A stretch of 50,158 nucleotides of DNA from Patescibacteria group bacterium (lineage in GTDB: Bacteria; Patescibacteriota; Kazan-3B-28). The notes below the pieces were generated by a model. The model made no database searches and was not told where the DNA came from. It was given only the letters and a program-made list of their open reading frames with translations. Where the stretch lies: contig JAWKSK010000004.1 in NCBI GenBank assembly GCA_041389145.1, forward strand, positions 1 to 50,158, in the 5' to 3' direction. The position numbers and the translations under genes were made by a program. Numbering within the stretch: position 1 is the stretch's first letter; every line of letters begins with the position of its first letter. This document shows, piece by piece, positions 35,874-45,128 of this stretch.

Positions 35874-37244
35874 CTACATCTTCTTTACAATCTCTCCAAA
35901 CATCGTGCCTCTACTGTAGGCATCTTTAAACATATCAAAGCTGGAACAGCCTGGAGATAACAACACTACTCCTCCATTCTTTACCGCCTTATAGGCAAAT
36001 TTAATCGCACCTTTAAATGTTGGATGAATTTCTGTTTCCACTCTTGGTGCATATTTCTTCAACAAAGTTTTAATCTTCTTAGAACTCTGTCCAATGATTG
36101 CAACGTACTCTACATTTTCTGCCCCAATAGTTTTTGCAGTGCTGACCCAATCTCCACCTTTATCTATCCCTCCAACTATCAAAGAAGTTGGAGTCCCAGC
36201 AAATGCCTCTACTGCCGCTAAGGTAGCTTCTGGTGTAGTTGCTAGTGAATCATCCACAAACCTAACTCCATCCTTCTTATGCACTATCTCTAACCTGTGA
36301 GATAAGGTTTTAAACTTACCTAATCGATTTACCATTTTCTTAGTAGAGACTCCGGCAAGAATTGAAGCCGCCATTGCTGGCAATACGTTCTGTAGATTAT
36401 GCCTACCGGGAAGCTTGATCCCGTCTATATCGATAATCACTTCTCTCTTTCCAGTTCTCAGATCTCTATAGATCACCTCTCCTTTATCTACATACAAACC
36501 TCTACGCAAAACATGCTTATTGGAATAGCCAAACACCTTACCCTTAGCATTCCTGGTTGCTTTTCTACCAGCATCAAAATCAATTGATGTAATTAACCAA
36601 TCAGACTTTTTCTGATGAGAATAAATATTCTGTTTAGCTGCTAAATATTTAGCAAAAGTCTTATGCCGATCCAAATGCTCCGGCACTACATCTAAAAATA
36701 CTGCCACGTGTGGACTATCATCCATATCCTCCAACTGAAAACTAGATAGCTCCATTACCACCCAATCTTTTGGCTTGATCTTATCAATCACCGGTAACAA
36801 AGAAACTCCAATGTTTCCTCCCAACCATACCTTTCTACCTCGTTCATTTATCAAATGATGAATCAGGGAAGTAGTTGTGGACTTTCCCTTGCTTCCTGTA
36901 ATCCCAATAATTCTTGCCGGACAGTCTTCAAAGAAAATTTTAGTAGTACTAGTAATTTCCACTCCTTTTCTTTTGGCCTTCTTCAGCTCAACCATATCCA
37001 GTGATACACCCGGACTTCTTACAATCATGTCGAACTGATCCCAGCCTTTTACATAGTCTGGACCCAACTGGAAACTAGCCCCTAATTTCTTAGCTTCTTT
37101 ATAGTTAACCAGCTTCTTGGCAGGATTGGCATCTAGTACTACTACCACTGCCCCTAGGTTAACTAAATACCTAGTCGCTTCTATTCCCTCACGACCTAGA
37201 CCTAGGACTCCAACATGTTTTCCAGTGAATCTACTTTTGCTCAT
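35874..37244 (-). CDS. murD: UDP-N-acetylmuramoylalanine--D-glutamate ligase
   Basis: GLGREG N-terminus, GITGSKGKSTT P-loop, Mur ligase layout. Confidence 0.9.
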   Translation of the reverse strand: MSKSRFTGKHVGVLGLGREGIEATRYLVNLGAVVVVLDANPAKKLVNYKEAKKLGASFQLGPDYVKGWDQFDMIVRSPGVSLDMVELKKAKRKGVEITSTTKIFFEDCPARIIGITGSKGKSTTTSLIHHLINERGRKVWLGGNIGVSLLPVIDKIKPKDWVVMELSSFQLEDMDDSPHVAVFLDVVPEHLDRHKTFAKYLAAKQNIYSHQKKSDWLITSIDFDAGRKATRNAKGKVFGYSNKHVLRRGLYVDKGEVIYRDLRTGKREVIIDIDGIKLPGRHNLQNVLPAMAASILAGVSTKKMVNRLGKFKTLSHRLEIVHKKDGVRFVDDSLATTPEATLAAVEAFAGTPTSLIVGGIDKGGDWVSTAKTIGAENVEYVAIIGQSSKKIKTLLKKYAPRVETEIHPTFKGAIKFAYKAVKNGGVVLLSPGCSSFDMFKDAYSRGTMFGEIVKKM

Positions 37245-37300
37245 GAATTGATTATATCGCTATCATCTGCAACAGTATAATTAGATATCAGCCTAACAGA

Positions 37301-37885
37301 TTGGAGCACAATATGACATACACCGCTCAAGACTTTACCCACCTACTCGGACTCGATGGTTTTTCCGATAATGCCCTAACTACTCACTTCAAACTGTATG
37401 AAGGCTACGTTACCAATACCAACAAAGTAGCAGAAGCCCTAACCAACCATGCCCCCAACAGCCCAGAGTACAACGAGCTTAAACGTCATTTTGGCTGGGA
37501 GTTTAATGGCATGCGCTTACACGAACTACACTTCTCAGCTCTGTCTAAAGACCCATCCATCTTTGATGCAGACTCCAACCTAGGCAAACTAATCGAGACC
37601 AACTTTGGCTCATACGAGAAATGGGAAGCAGATTTTATAGCAACTGCCAAAACCAGAGGAATTGGCTGGGCCATCCTCTACCAGGATCCTGTTTCTAACC
37701 GCCTCTTTAATGTCTGGGTTAACGAACACGACCTAGGACACTTAGCTAACTGTAATATCATTCTGAATCTGGATGTATTCGAACACGCCTTCATGCCAGA
37801 CTATGGCACCAACCGTGATCCATACATCCAAGCCTTCCTGAAAGCTACAGATTGGAACACCGTTGCTACCAGATTAAAAAACTAG
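37301..37885 (+). CDS. Fe/Mn superoxide dismutase-family protein (divergent N-terminal metal site)
   Basis: C-terminal DVFEHAFMPDY (D-x-[WF]-E-H-A-[FY]) and GWAILY motifs. The N-terminal region reads THFKLYEGYV instead of the usual HHxKHHxxYV. Confidence 0.7.
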   Translation: MEHNMTYTAQDFTHLLGLDGFSDNALTTHFKLYEGYVTNTNKVAEALTNHAPNSPEYNELKRHFGWEFNGMRLHELHFSALSKDPSIFDADSNLGKLIETNFGSYEKWEADFIATAKTRGIGWAILYQDPVSNRLFNVWVNEHDLGHLANCNIILNLDVFEHAFMPDYGTNRDPYIQAFLKATDWNTVATRLKN

Positions 37886-37893
37886 CTCTGGTA

Positions 37894-37924
37894 TTGACTT
37901 TTTACCCAGATGTGGTAATATAAT
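37894..37924 (+). promoter_or_regulatory. sigma70-type promoter of cassette F
   Basis: TTGACT (37894..37899), 16-nt spacer, TAATAT (37916..37921) preceded by TGg (extended -10). SD GAGGTG before the ATG at 37950. Confidence 0.55.
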
Positions 37925-37949
37925 AGCAACATTGAACCAGAGGTGAGAC

Positions 37950-38234
37950 ATGTCTGCAATTCAGACAACGCTTAATTCCACGGATGTTCTCGTGGACCTC
38001 AAGAAAAGAACACAGGACTTCCTTCGCGAATTGACAAGCTGGTGGCTCAAACCTGCCAGCCCTGAACTTCGTTCCAAGAAGGACGACCTGTACGACAGCA
38101 TCGTAAAGTTGACCCGGAACAGTGAATTCGGTCACGTCACCTTCAAGGTGAGCCAGGCAGCCTTCGATGGGGAAGATGAAATCAGAGCAATTGCCGACGA
38201 TCTCGTAACACTTGCCGAGATCTCAAAGCAGTAG
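37950..38234 (+). CDS. small cytoplasmic hypothetical protein (GC-rich cassette F)
   Basis: 94-aa ORF, helical and charged, no signal peptide. GC3-rich codons. Confidence 0.5.
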   Translation: MSAIQTTLNSTDVLVDLKKRTQDFLRELTSWWLKPASPELRSKKDDLYDSIVKLTRNSEFGHVTFKVSQAAFDGEDEIRAIADDLVTLAEISKQ

Positions 38235-38256
38235 CCCTTGCACCCAGTCTTCCACA

Positions 38257-38287
38257 AAAGGATGACCCCACCCAGGTCATCCTTTTT
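38257..38287 (+). terminator. intrinsic terminator of cassette F (bidirectional)
   Basis: 11-bp stem aaaggatgacc/ggtcatccttt, 7-nt loop, T-run. Confidence 0.8.
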
Positions 38288-38294
38288 AAATATC

Positions 38295-38786
38295 TTATGG
38301 CTCTAACAATATTGGCCTGCCCCCGACTTGAAGCTCTACATCCAATATTCCTGGTAGATGATCAAATGTCATCTCTAACTGTTTGCGAATTAGTCCCACG
38401 GTTGCAGATCCAGCTACTTGTTCTATTCTGTCGTTAAAATTCAAAACTGCAGTTTTCCCTTCCATCCGGCTATCCACCAACTTCACACCTTCAGGTATTG
38501 CCGTAGACAATCCCCCGTCTCTCTCTTTCAAGGTTGGGCCTTTAAACAGCTCTTCAGCTACTAATGGAATTGCCACTTCCAGACTCTGATTCTTCTTAAT
38601 ATCTCTACGAACTGGCAAAACATCAGTAGCATTGCTAGTATCATCAACAAAATAGATATACACCTCGCCGCGAGCTAATGCATCGTCGGCAGGATTGGGA
38701 TAAGTTAGGGCAACATAATACCCTGTCGCTAAAATCACAGCGACCATTACCCACCCCACTAAACTATGGTGTAATTTACCGAACAT
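38295..38786 (-). CDS. GerMN-domain protein
   Basis: N-terminal TM. LFKGPT..E...GL.TAIP.GVKL pattern typical of GerMN. Confidence 0.55.
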   Translation of the reverse strand: MFGKLHHSLVGWVMVAVILATGYYVALTYPNPADDALARGEVYIYFVDDTSNATDVLPVRRDIKKNQSLEVAIPLVAEELFKGPTLKERDGGLSTAIPEGVKLVDSRMEGKTAVLNFNDRIEQVAGSATVGLIRKQLEMTFDHLPGILDVELQVGGRPILLEP

Positions 38787-39645
38787 TTAATAACCAGGTA
38801 AGTGGATTCTTAGACAGCGATCCTTCGCCCTCTACTAACAATCCTACTGTAATTGGATAACTGCCTGGTGCCAACTCAGCACCCTTCCAATCAGTTGCTT
38901 TTACCTGGACCCTAAAGGTTGCTACCTCACCTGGTGCCACCTGGGATTCCATCATCTCAATTCGGTTCTTATTCAATGCCGGCTTAGTACTACCGTCGGC
39001 TAGTACGCTACTAGCAACAAATGGAATTTGAACATCAGCAGGATCAAGAGTTCCTAATCTAAATGCAAATTTTGCATCTCGATACCATGTAGCAGTACCT
39101 GAGTTTCTCACCTTTAATTCGAAGGTTCCTTCACCACCCGGTGCAGTATTTACATCCCCACCAATGTCCAAGGTAATCCACGCATAGTCCTGTGGGAAAC
39201 TAAAATCATTAACGGTTGGTTGCTGAGTAACAGGCTTTTGATCCTCTACCACTGGGGTTTGATCCACAGGAGTTGGAGTAGCATATTTATGTTCACCTAC
39301 CAGCTGATAGCTGAGGTAGGCTGCGAAAATTACAAACAATGCAAAAATACCAGCATGCCAATGTTCGGTCTGCTTGATATTTGTCTTCACCTTTTCTTTT
39401 ACCTTCTGCACCATTGCATGGTCTGCAATCTCCAAAACTGTTTTCTTTGCAATTGGTTGTGGTGCTTTTTCTTTACCAACTTCTGCCAAGTCTACCTTCT
39501 TGGTAGTCTTTCTTTTAGCCGCATACTTCTTGGCCACTGGCTTATCATCAGTAGCTTTCTTGGCTACCGACTTTCTAGTCGTTGTCTTTTTGGCAGTTGT
39601 TTTAGCAGCTGCCTTCTTTGTTTCCCCCATTTCTTTTTTTGCCAT
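38776..39645 (-). CDS. membrane protein with histone-H1-like K/A/T-rich cytoplasmic tail and extracytoplasmic beta-sandwich domain
   Basis: About residues 1-75 are AKK/TKK-rich, then one TM, then a beta-rich C-terminal domain. Confidence 0.5.
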   Translation of the reverse strand: MAKKEMGETKKAAAKTTAKKTTTRKSVAKKATDDKPVAKKYAAKRKTTKKVDLAEVGKEKAPQPIAKKTVLEIADHAMVQKVKEKVKTNIKQTEHWHAGIFALFVIFAAYLSYQLVGEHKYATPTPVDQTPVVEDQKPVTQQPTVNDFSFPQDYAWITLDIGGDVNTAPGGEGTFELKVRNSGTATWYRDAKFAFRLGTLDPADVQIPFVASSVLADGSTKPALNKNRIEMMESQVAPGEVATFRVQVKATDWKGAELAPGSYPITVGLLVEGEGSLSKNPLTWLLNVR

Positions 39646-39697
39646 TAATTTTCGCTAATACTAATGTCATTATACCGCTCTGGAAAAACCGCACAAC

Positions 39698-40162
39698 CTA
39701 CTTCATACTCGCTAAATCTGCCAACACTTGGTCAGCATGGATTGGTGGCTTTACCGTTTTGTAATGCTTTGCGATTTTTCCATCTGGATTAATCAAAAAA
39801 GATTCTCGCTTCACTCCCATATAAGTTCTTCCCATCATCTTTTTCTCACCCCACACTCCATATGCATTTGCTAACTTTAAATCTTCATCCACCAAAAGTG
39901 GAAACTTGAGATTATATTTATTGGCAAACTTTAGATGTGACTCCTGCCCATCTTTACTCACTCCCAATACCACGGCATTGAGTTTCTTAAATCCATCCCA
40001 ATTTTCCTGCAATGCACAGGCTTCTTTAGTACAACCCGGTGTGTCATCTTTTGGATAGAAATACAGCAACACCCACTTCCCAGCATAGTCTGCTAGGTTG
40101 TGGGTTTTACCTTGCTGATCCACTGCCGTAAAGGCAGGTGCTTTCTTTCCAACTTCAATCAT
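39698..40162 (-). CDS. bcp: thioredoxin-dependent peroxiredoxin (Bcp type)
   Basis: FYPKDDTPGCTKEAC active-site motif, 154 aa. Confidence 0.88.
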   Translation of the reverse strand: MIEVGKKAPAFTAVDQQGKTHNLADYAGKWVLLYFYPKDDTPGCTKEACALQENWDGFKKLNAVVLGVSKDGQESHLKFANKYNLKFPLLVDEDLKLANAYGVWGEKKMMGRTYMGVKRESFLINPDGKIAKHYKTVKPPIHADQVLADLASMK

Positions 40163-41323
40163 CTACTTCTGATATTCACTCAGTAGTTTTTTCTTTGCAG
40201 ATAATACTGCTCCAACTCCATACAACACCACAACTGCCTGCAATAACCAACCAATGATTGGAACATAGGCCAAGATAATGCCAATCAGAACTCCAAGACC
40301 CAGATTCCAGAACTGATCCCATTGGTTCTTATGGCTATGTTGTCTTAAGTAACTTCCAATGCCATAAGCACCAGCGATTGCACCAAATACAATCAACAAG
40401 CCATATGCCAAGAAGATGACACTAGCTACTGGAATTCCAACCACAGTGATAGCAAACAACATGGCCAGTACTGGAGCCACAATCATTACCAACAGTCCGT
40501 TCCAGATATACATTGCAGTATTCTTCTGTGCTTTCATCGTATCGATAATCTGTGGGAAATACTTTGGTAGTAACCAGATAATAATTGAACCCAACAATAA
40601 GAAGCTCAACCACTTCCAAAGCACCGCAGTCAGTCCTGCAATTGTTAACAATGCAATCAAACCTCTAGTAGATGCATTTGGATCTACAGCTTGGTTAAAC
40701 TCAACGTTCTTTGCATAGTTAACCAAAGTTGGATCTTCTCTTGGGGCCCAGTATCTTAAGCTCTCACCAATTTTTCCATTGTTTCCAAAGCTTAGACCTT
40801 CTGAAATATGAATCTCTGCATCTCCACCCACCAATCCATCAATCCGACCCTTACCTAGCCAACTAGTAAGCTCTTCATTAATCTGTCCATACAAGGACAT
40901 CTCTCCAGCTACGCTCCAAACGCTACCGCGAATTGTAGCTCCATCAGCAATTGTGAACTCACCACCAACCGCCATGACATCATCTGCTACATTGCCGTTG
41001 ACGTTTAAAGTTCCACCCATCATTCGGATGTCATCACCAACTGCTCCATTAACCACTGCGCTACCCCCTACCAACCACAAGTCACCGGTAACTGCAGCGT
41101 TAACAATCACATTTCCTCCAATCACAATCAAATCTCCTTGGACCCGATTGTTTACCGTCACTGTATCACCCACCACATACATATCATCCCGTACTACTTC
41201 TTCTTGTAATACATTCTGACCAGTAATAATTGTTGGCACTGCCAAAGCTGGTGCTGCCATCCCAAACATCACTACTCCGATTCCTAAACTGACACCGATT
41301 TTAGATAGTAATTTCATATCCAT
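40163..41323 (-). CDS. bactofilin-like beta-helix repeat protein with C-terminal multi-TM domain
   Basis: Repeated GD.x.V.GG.V.VNG.V motifs followed by about five TM helices. Confidence 0.5.
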   Translation of the reverse strand: MDMKLLSKIGVSLGIGVVMFGMAAPALAVPTIITGQNVLQEEVVRDDMYVVGDTVTVNNRVQGDLIVIGGNVIVNAAVTGDLWLVGGSAVVNGAVGDDIRMMGGTLNVNGNVADDVMAVGGEFTIADGATIRGSVWSVAGEMSLYGQINEELTSWLGKGRIDGLVGGDAEIHISEGLSFGNNGKIGESLRYWAPREDPTLVNYAKNVEFNQAVDPNASTRGLIALLTIAGLTAVLWKWLSFLLLGSIIIWLLPKYFPQIIDTMKAQKNTAMYIWNGLLVMIVAPVLAMLFAITVVGIPVASVIFLAYGLLIVFGAIAGAYGIGSYLRQHSHKNQWDQFWNLGLGVLIGIILAYVPIIGWLLQAVVVLYGVGAVLSAKKKLLSEYQK

Positions 41324-41742
41324 TAAAAGTTAACTGGAATTGCCACCTCATCATCAAACTGTGGTTCACCAGATGGATTATCTTTTATAAACACTAATAA
41401 CCCACTGGTTTCATTCTGTGGGTCAAATTCAACATTAGCTTCAAAGGTTACAAAGTCCTCAGTCATCCAATCACCCTGAGCTGTAGCCAGCCCAGCACCT
41501 AGAACATTGTTATTATTATCCCTTACTTCAACTGGGAACGATGCTTCAAAATACCAAGTCCCCTTAGCCTGACCCACTACCGTCAGTGGACTATCGACAG
41601 CGTCATATGCACTAATCGATTCCAAAATAATTTTAGTAGGGTCACCAACCTGATTATTTTGAAATCCCCCGATTTGCCAATATCCGATTACAAAACCCAG
41701 TGCAAAAAAGATTCCCGCAATAATTAGATTTGTTTTACTCAT
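41323..41742 (-). CDS. Gmad2-like Ig-fold domain protein
   Basis: N-terminal TM. SPLTVVGQAKGTWYFEASFPVEVRD pattern. Confidence 0.5.
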   Translation of the reverse strand: MSKTNLIIAGIFFALGFVIGYWQIGGFQNNQVGDPTKIILESISAYDAVDSPLTVVGQAKGTWYFEASFPVEVRDNNNNVLGAGLATAQGDWMTEDFVTFEANVEFDPQNETSGLLVFIKDNPSGEPQFDDEVAIPVNF

Positions 41743-41790
41743 ATTTCTCCTTAAGTTTATCTACTATCATCCTACCACGACAACTTCAAA

Positions 41791-43182
41791 ATGTTCGTCC
41801 CAACTCTAAAATCTTGCTATATTGAAGCCATGCCTACAACTATTCAATTTTTAGGTGCTGCTGGGGATGTAACTGGATCAAGCTACCTCCTAACCACCGA
41901 TTCAGCTAAATTCCTAGTCGACTGCGGACTCTTTCAAGGCAGTCGCGACAACGAGAAACATAACTACGACGACTTCGTCTTCAACCCTAAACAGGTTGAT
42001 TTTATGATTCTCACCCATGCCCACCTAGATCATTGTGGCTTAATCCCCAAACTCTATCGCCATGGCTTTCGTGGTCCCATCTATGCCACCCCTGCAACCA
42101 AAGAGCTAGCTCAACTCATTCTCACCGACGCTGCCCAAATCCAAGAGAATGGAGTAAATGAACATCAATTAGATATTCTCTTCAGCAAAAAGGATGCTAT
42201 GGGAGCCCTGGAACTATTCCAGACTGTAGAATACAACAAGTCCTTTTCTCCAGCCTCAGGGATTAAGTTTAAATTCCAAGATGCTGGCCATATCTTAGGC
42301 TCTGCCATGATTGAACTTTGGATTGGTAAAAAGAAAATTGTTTTCTCAGGAGACATTGGCAACTGCCCAGTCCCAATCATGAATGATCCCAGCCTAATCC
42401 AAGAAGCCGACTATGTTCTCTGCGAATCTACTTACGGAGACAGATTACACAGCTCTTCTAACAAACGTGACTCCGAACTCTTAAAAATCATCCGTCATGG
42501 TAAAAAACATCACGGTAAGATTATTATCCCTTCCTTTGCCCTCGAACGTAGCCAGGACCTACTCTATGCCCTCAACAACATGAGCAATGCCAGACAACTC
42601 CCTCATATTGATATCTATCTAGATAGCCCACTGGCAATTAAGATTACTGAGATCTACAAAAAATACACCAAACTATTCGATAAAGAATTCCAACGGCTCC
42701 TCAAATCTGATTCAGATCTTTTCAACTTCCCTCGTTTCCAATACACCCTCACCTCCAAAGAATCGATGGTCCTAAACGATCTTGAAGGTCCTGCTGTCTA
42801 CATCGCCGGTTCCGGAATGGCAGATGCTGGAAGAGTCCAACATCACCTACTTCATCACATCGCCAATCCTTCCACCCAGCTAATCTTTGTAGGGTTTCAA
42901 GCCCCTGGCACAACCGGCCGTAAGATTATCGATGGCGCAAAACGAATTCAAGTAAATGGCCGCTGGATTCCAGTACGTGGCCAAATCTGGAGTATCGACT
43001 CCTTCTCTGCCCACGCCGATCAAAAAGGACTGATGCGGTGGCTGGCTGGCTTTAACACCAAACCTACAGTCTTTTTTACTCATGGTGAAGAACAATCTCG
43101 GGCAGTCCTAGCCGAGAAGGTAAACAAACAACTTAAATACCCAGTCCACAAACCCCGAATGTTTGAGGTCTTTGAACTATAA
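41791..43182 (+). CDS. MBL-fold beta-CASP ribonuclease (RNase J/CPSF-like)
   Basis: THAHLDHCG motif, beta-CASP segment, C-terminal SAHAD. The likely start is the ATG at 41830 (MPTTIQFLGA). Confidence 0.8.
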   Translation: MFVPTLKSCYIEAMPTTIQFLGAAGDVTGSSYLLTTDSAKFLVDCGLFQGSRDNEKHNYDDFVFNPKQVDFMILTHAHLDHCGLIPKLYRHGFRGPIYATPATKELAQLILTDAAQIQENGVNEHQLDILFSKKDAMGALELFQTVEYNKSFSPASGIKFKFQDAGHILGSAMIELWIGKKKIVFSGDIGNCPVPIMNDPSLIQEADYVLCESTYGDRLHSSSNKRDSELLKIIRHGKKHHGKIIIPSFALERSQDLLYALNNMSNARQLPHIDIYLDSPLAIKITEIYKKYTKLFDKEFQRLLKSDSDLFNFPRFQYTLTSKESMVLNDLEGPAVYIAGSGMADAGRVQHHLLHHIANPSTQLIFVGFQAPGTTGRKIIDGAKRIQVNGRWIPVRGQIWSIDSFSAHADQKGLMRWLAGFNTKPTVFFTHGEEQSRAVLAEKVNKQLKYPVHKPRMFEVFEL

Positions 43183-43207
43183 AAACAGGGTGCACTTTCA
43201 TGCACCC
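43181..43207 (-). terminator. intrinsic terminator of cassette G
   Basis: Stem gggtgca/tgcaccc (43188..43194 with 43201..43207), then TTTTT on the minus strand. Confidence 0.7.
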
Positions 43208-43225
43208 CTAAACGCTGGTTCAAAT

Positions 43226-43876
43226 TCAGATCCCCATATCATTCTTGAGTTTGGAGGAAATTTTGGGATCGGTAGTAAAGTAATACTCTACCAACCTTCC
43301 CTTACTGCGGAAGAACGCGAAGGTTCCGTCTGCATCCTCAGCCCAGACCATCACCTGGCCCCAAGGAACCAATTGCTGGGATTTTTTGAGGACATCCACC
43401 CGACCAATGAAACGTGCTACCATCTCATCGCTCAGCCGATCCACAAAGATCGCACGATCCCGTTCAGTCATATTGCGATCCACAAATCCCGTAGAGTATT
43501 CCAGGACCACCCGGTCCTCGACGTCCAGTCCCAGAATCATTGCCAACGGAAGATTGGTCCAGTCCGGTAGCGGCTGTGGAGCAAAGGTTGCGGTTCGGTA
43601 TTCTGAAGCGACATTAAATGCGCTTGCCAACACCGAGCTACCTCCGTGACCATGGAAGTCCTTGGTGCCATAGTCCGACTCCAACAGGGTCTTACCCAGC
43701 TTGATGTGATAGTCGAGGCCATGTTCGATCTGAAACAGATTCACCTCATGTGCAACTGTCACTGAGTCGGCAATCACCGTTTCAGCGTAGAACCGTTCGA
43801 GCGTGTCCGGATACGCCCGACTGGTTAGCAATACCATTGCCAACCCACACAGAAAAGCCATCAGCAATCTGCGCAT
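43226..43876 (-). CDS. secreted hypothetical protein (GC-richer cassette G)
   Basis: 216-aa ORF. SD AAAGGAG before the ATG. Signal peptide MRRLLMAFLCGLAMVLLTSRAYP. Confidence 0.55.
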   Translation of the reverse strand: MRRLLMAFLCGLAMVLLTSRAYPDTLERFYAETVIADSVTVAHEVNLFQIEHGLDYHIKLGKTLLESDYGTKDFHGHGGSSVLASAFNVASEYRTATFAPQPLPDWTNLPLAMILGLDVEDRVVLEYSTGFVDRNMTERDRAIFVDRLSDEMVARFIGRVDVLKKSQQLVPWGQVMVWAEDADGTFAFFRSKGRLVEYYFTTDPKISSKLKNDMGI

Positions 43877-43949
43877 GTCGTGCTCCTTTAAATACTAATA
43901 CTATTGGTACAAGACTGCCCAATATATCAGAGCCATAGCCGGTAATCAA

Positions 43950-45128
43950 CTAACCTACTAAATAGTTAAAAGGATTCTGTGCTGCACCATTTAACCACAC
44001 CTCAAAGTGAAGGTGAGGTCCAGTGGTTAAACGTCCTGCTCCCACTGATCCTGGTGTCGCACCAGATCCACCAATTACTGCCCCTGCCGGCACAAACTGT
44101 CCCACCGATACATTCACACTGCTGACATGACCATATACCGTTACCAGACCACCACCATGGTTCACCATGATATATGAATAAGCAGTGGAACCATCAAATT
44201 TAACCTTCAACACATATCCATCGGCAGGTGCCTTAATTGGCGTACCATGTGGAGTAGCAATATCGATAGCATTATGATTTATTCCAAATCTTGCACGGTA
44301 TCCTGGTTCTCTAAATCCAGCCGTTACTAATCTAGATGGGATTGGCCACAACAACTTACCTGGAGGTGGCAAATCCACCTTTGGACTATTCTTAGCCAAC
44401 TGAGCAATTTCATTTTCTAACTTCTGCTGCTCTAATACCGATTCCTGGATTCTCTTTTGGTATTCCGATTCGGTTAGAGTTGCATCATTTAACAAATTCT
44501 CACGACTAGACTGCTGCACGTTTAAGCTATTCTGTTCTAACTGTTCGCTGGCCTGTAACTGTTTTAGCTCCCGATCGGCAGTTTCCAACTCCCCTTTCTT
44601 ATCCTTTAAGCTTGCGTTCAAATCCTGTAGTACTGAGATTGAGTTGGTAATTCTTCCCTCAATCGTACTGATGTATTCAATTTGGCTCATAAACTCAGAT
44701 AGGTTAGTAGAACCTACCAATACCTCCAACACCCCTACCTGCTTACGCTTATACACTTCTTTAATTGCCTCACGTAATACTTTCTTATTCTCATAAATCT
44801 CCACCTCAGCATCGACTAAATCACCGTTAATCCGGTTCATATCTAGTCTGGTTTTATCGATCTGGGTATTTATGGCCTGCAATTGCAACTGAGACAGTTC
44901 AATTTGTTGCTCTAATAAATCAATCTCACTCTTTAACGAAGCTTTGCGTTTTCTAGTCGCATCCAATACTTTTTGCTGTTGTTCAATCTTCTTATTTAAC
45001 TCCTGAAGTTCTTTGCTCTTTTCAGTAAGCAGATTGGATTGAGCATATACTGCTGGCGCTACAGTAGTAAGTAATACTACTGCCATCAACACAAACAGAA
45101 ACCGACGCTTTAAATCTTTAAACTTCAT
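43950..45128 (-). CDS. M23 peptidase with N-terminal coiled coil (EnvC-like)
   Basis: Long Q/E/L-rich coiled coil, then an M23 domain (HNAIDI...GPHLHFEV). Confidence 0.85.
   Translation of the reverse strand: MKFKDLKRRFLFVLMAVVLLTTVAPAVYAQSNLLTEKSKELQELNKKIEQQQKVLDATRKRKASLKSEIDLLEQQIELSQLQLQAINTQIDKTRLDMNRINGDLVDAEVEIYENKKVLREAIKEVYKRKQVGVLEVLVGSTNLSEFMSQIEYISTIEGRITNSISVLQDLNASLKDKKGELETADRELKQLQASEQLEQNSLNVQQSSRENLLNDATLTESEYQKRIQESVLEQQKLENEIAQLAKNSPKVDLPPPGKLLWPIPSRLVTAGFREPGYRARFGINHNAIDIATPHGTPIKAPADGYVLKVKFDGSTAYSYIMVNHGGGLVTVYGHVSSVNVSVGQFVPAGAVIGGSGATPGSVGAGRLTTGPHLHFEVWLNGAAQNPFNYLVG

Noticed and set aside
43160-43187. TTTTTAT-AG-TTCAAA after the cassette G terminator resembles the TTTTTTAT(AT)TCAAATTT shared by cassettes A and C.
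   Set aside because: Here the motif lies mostly within the coding 3' end of the RNase gene (…FEVFEL-stop) and is short and AT-rich. It is too weak to count as a third copy.
43163-43722. ORFs 43163..43570 (+), 43386..43649 (+) and 43537..43722 (-) overlapping cassette G.
   Set aside because: They are shadow frames without an SD. The 43226..43876 frame has an SD, a signal peptide and a terminator.
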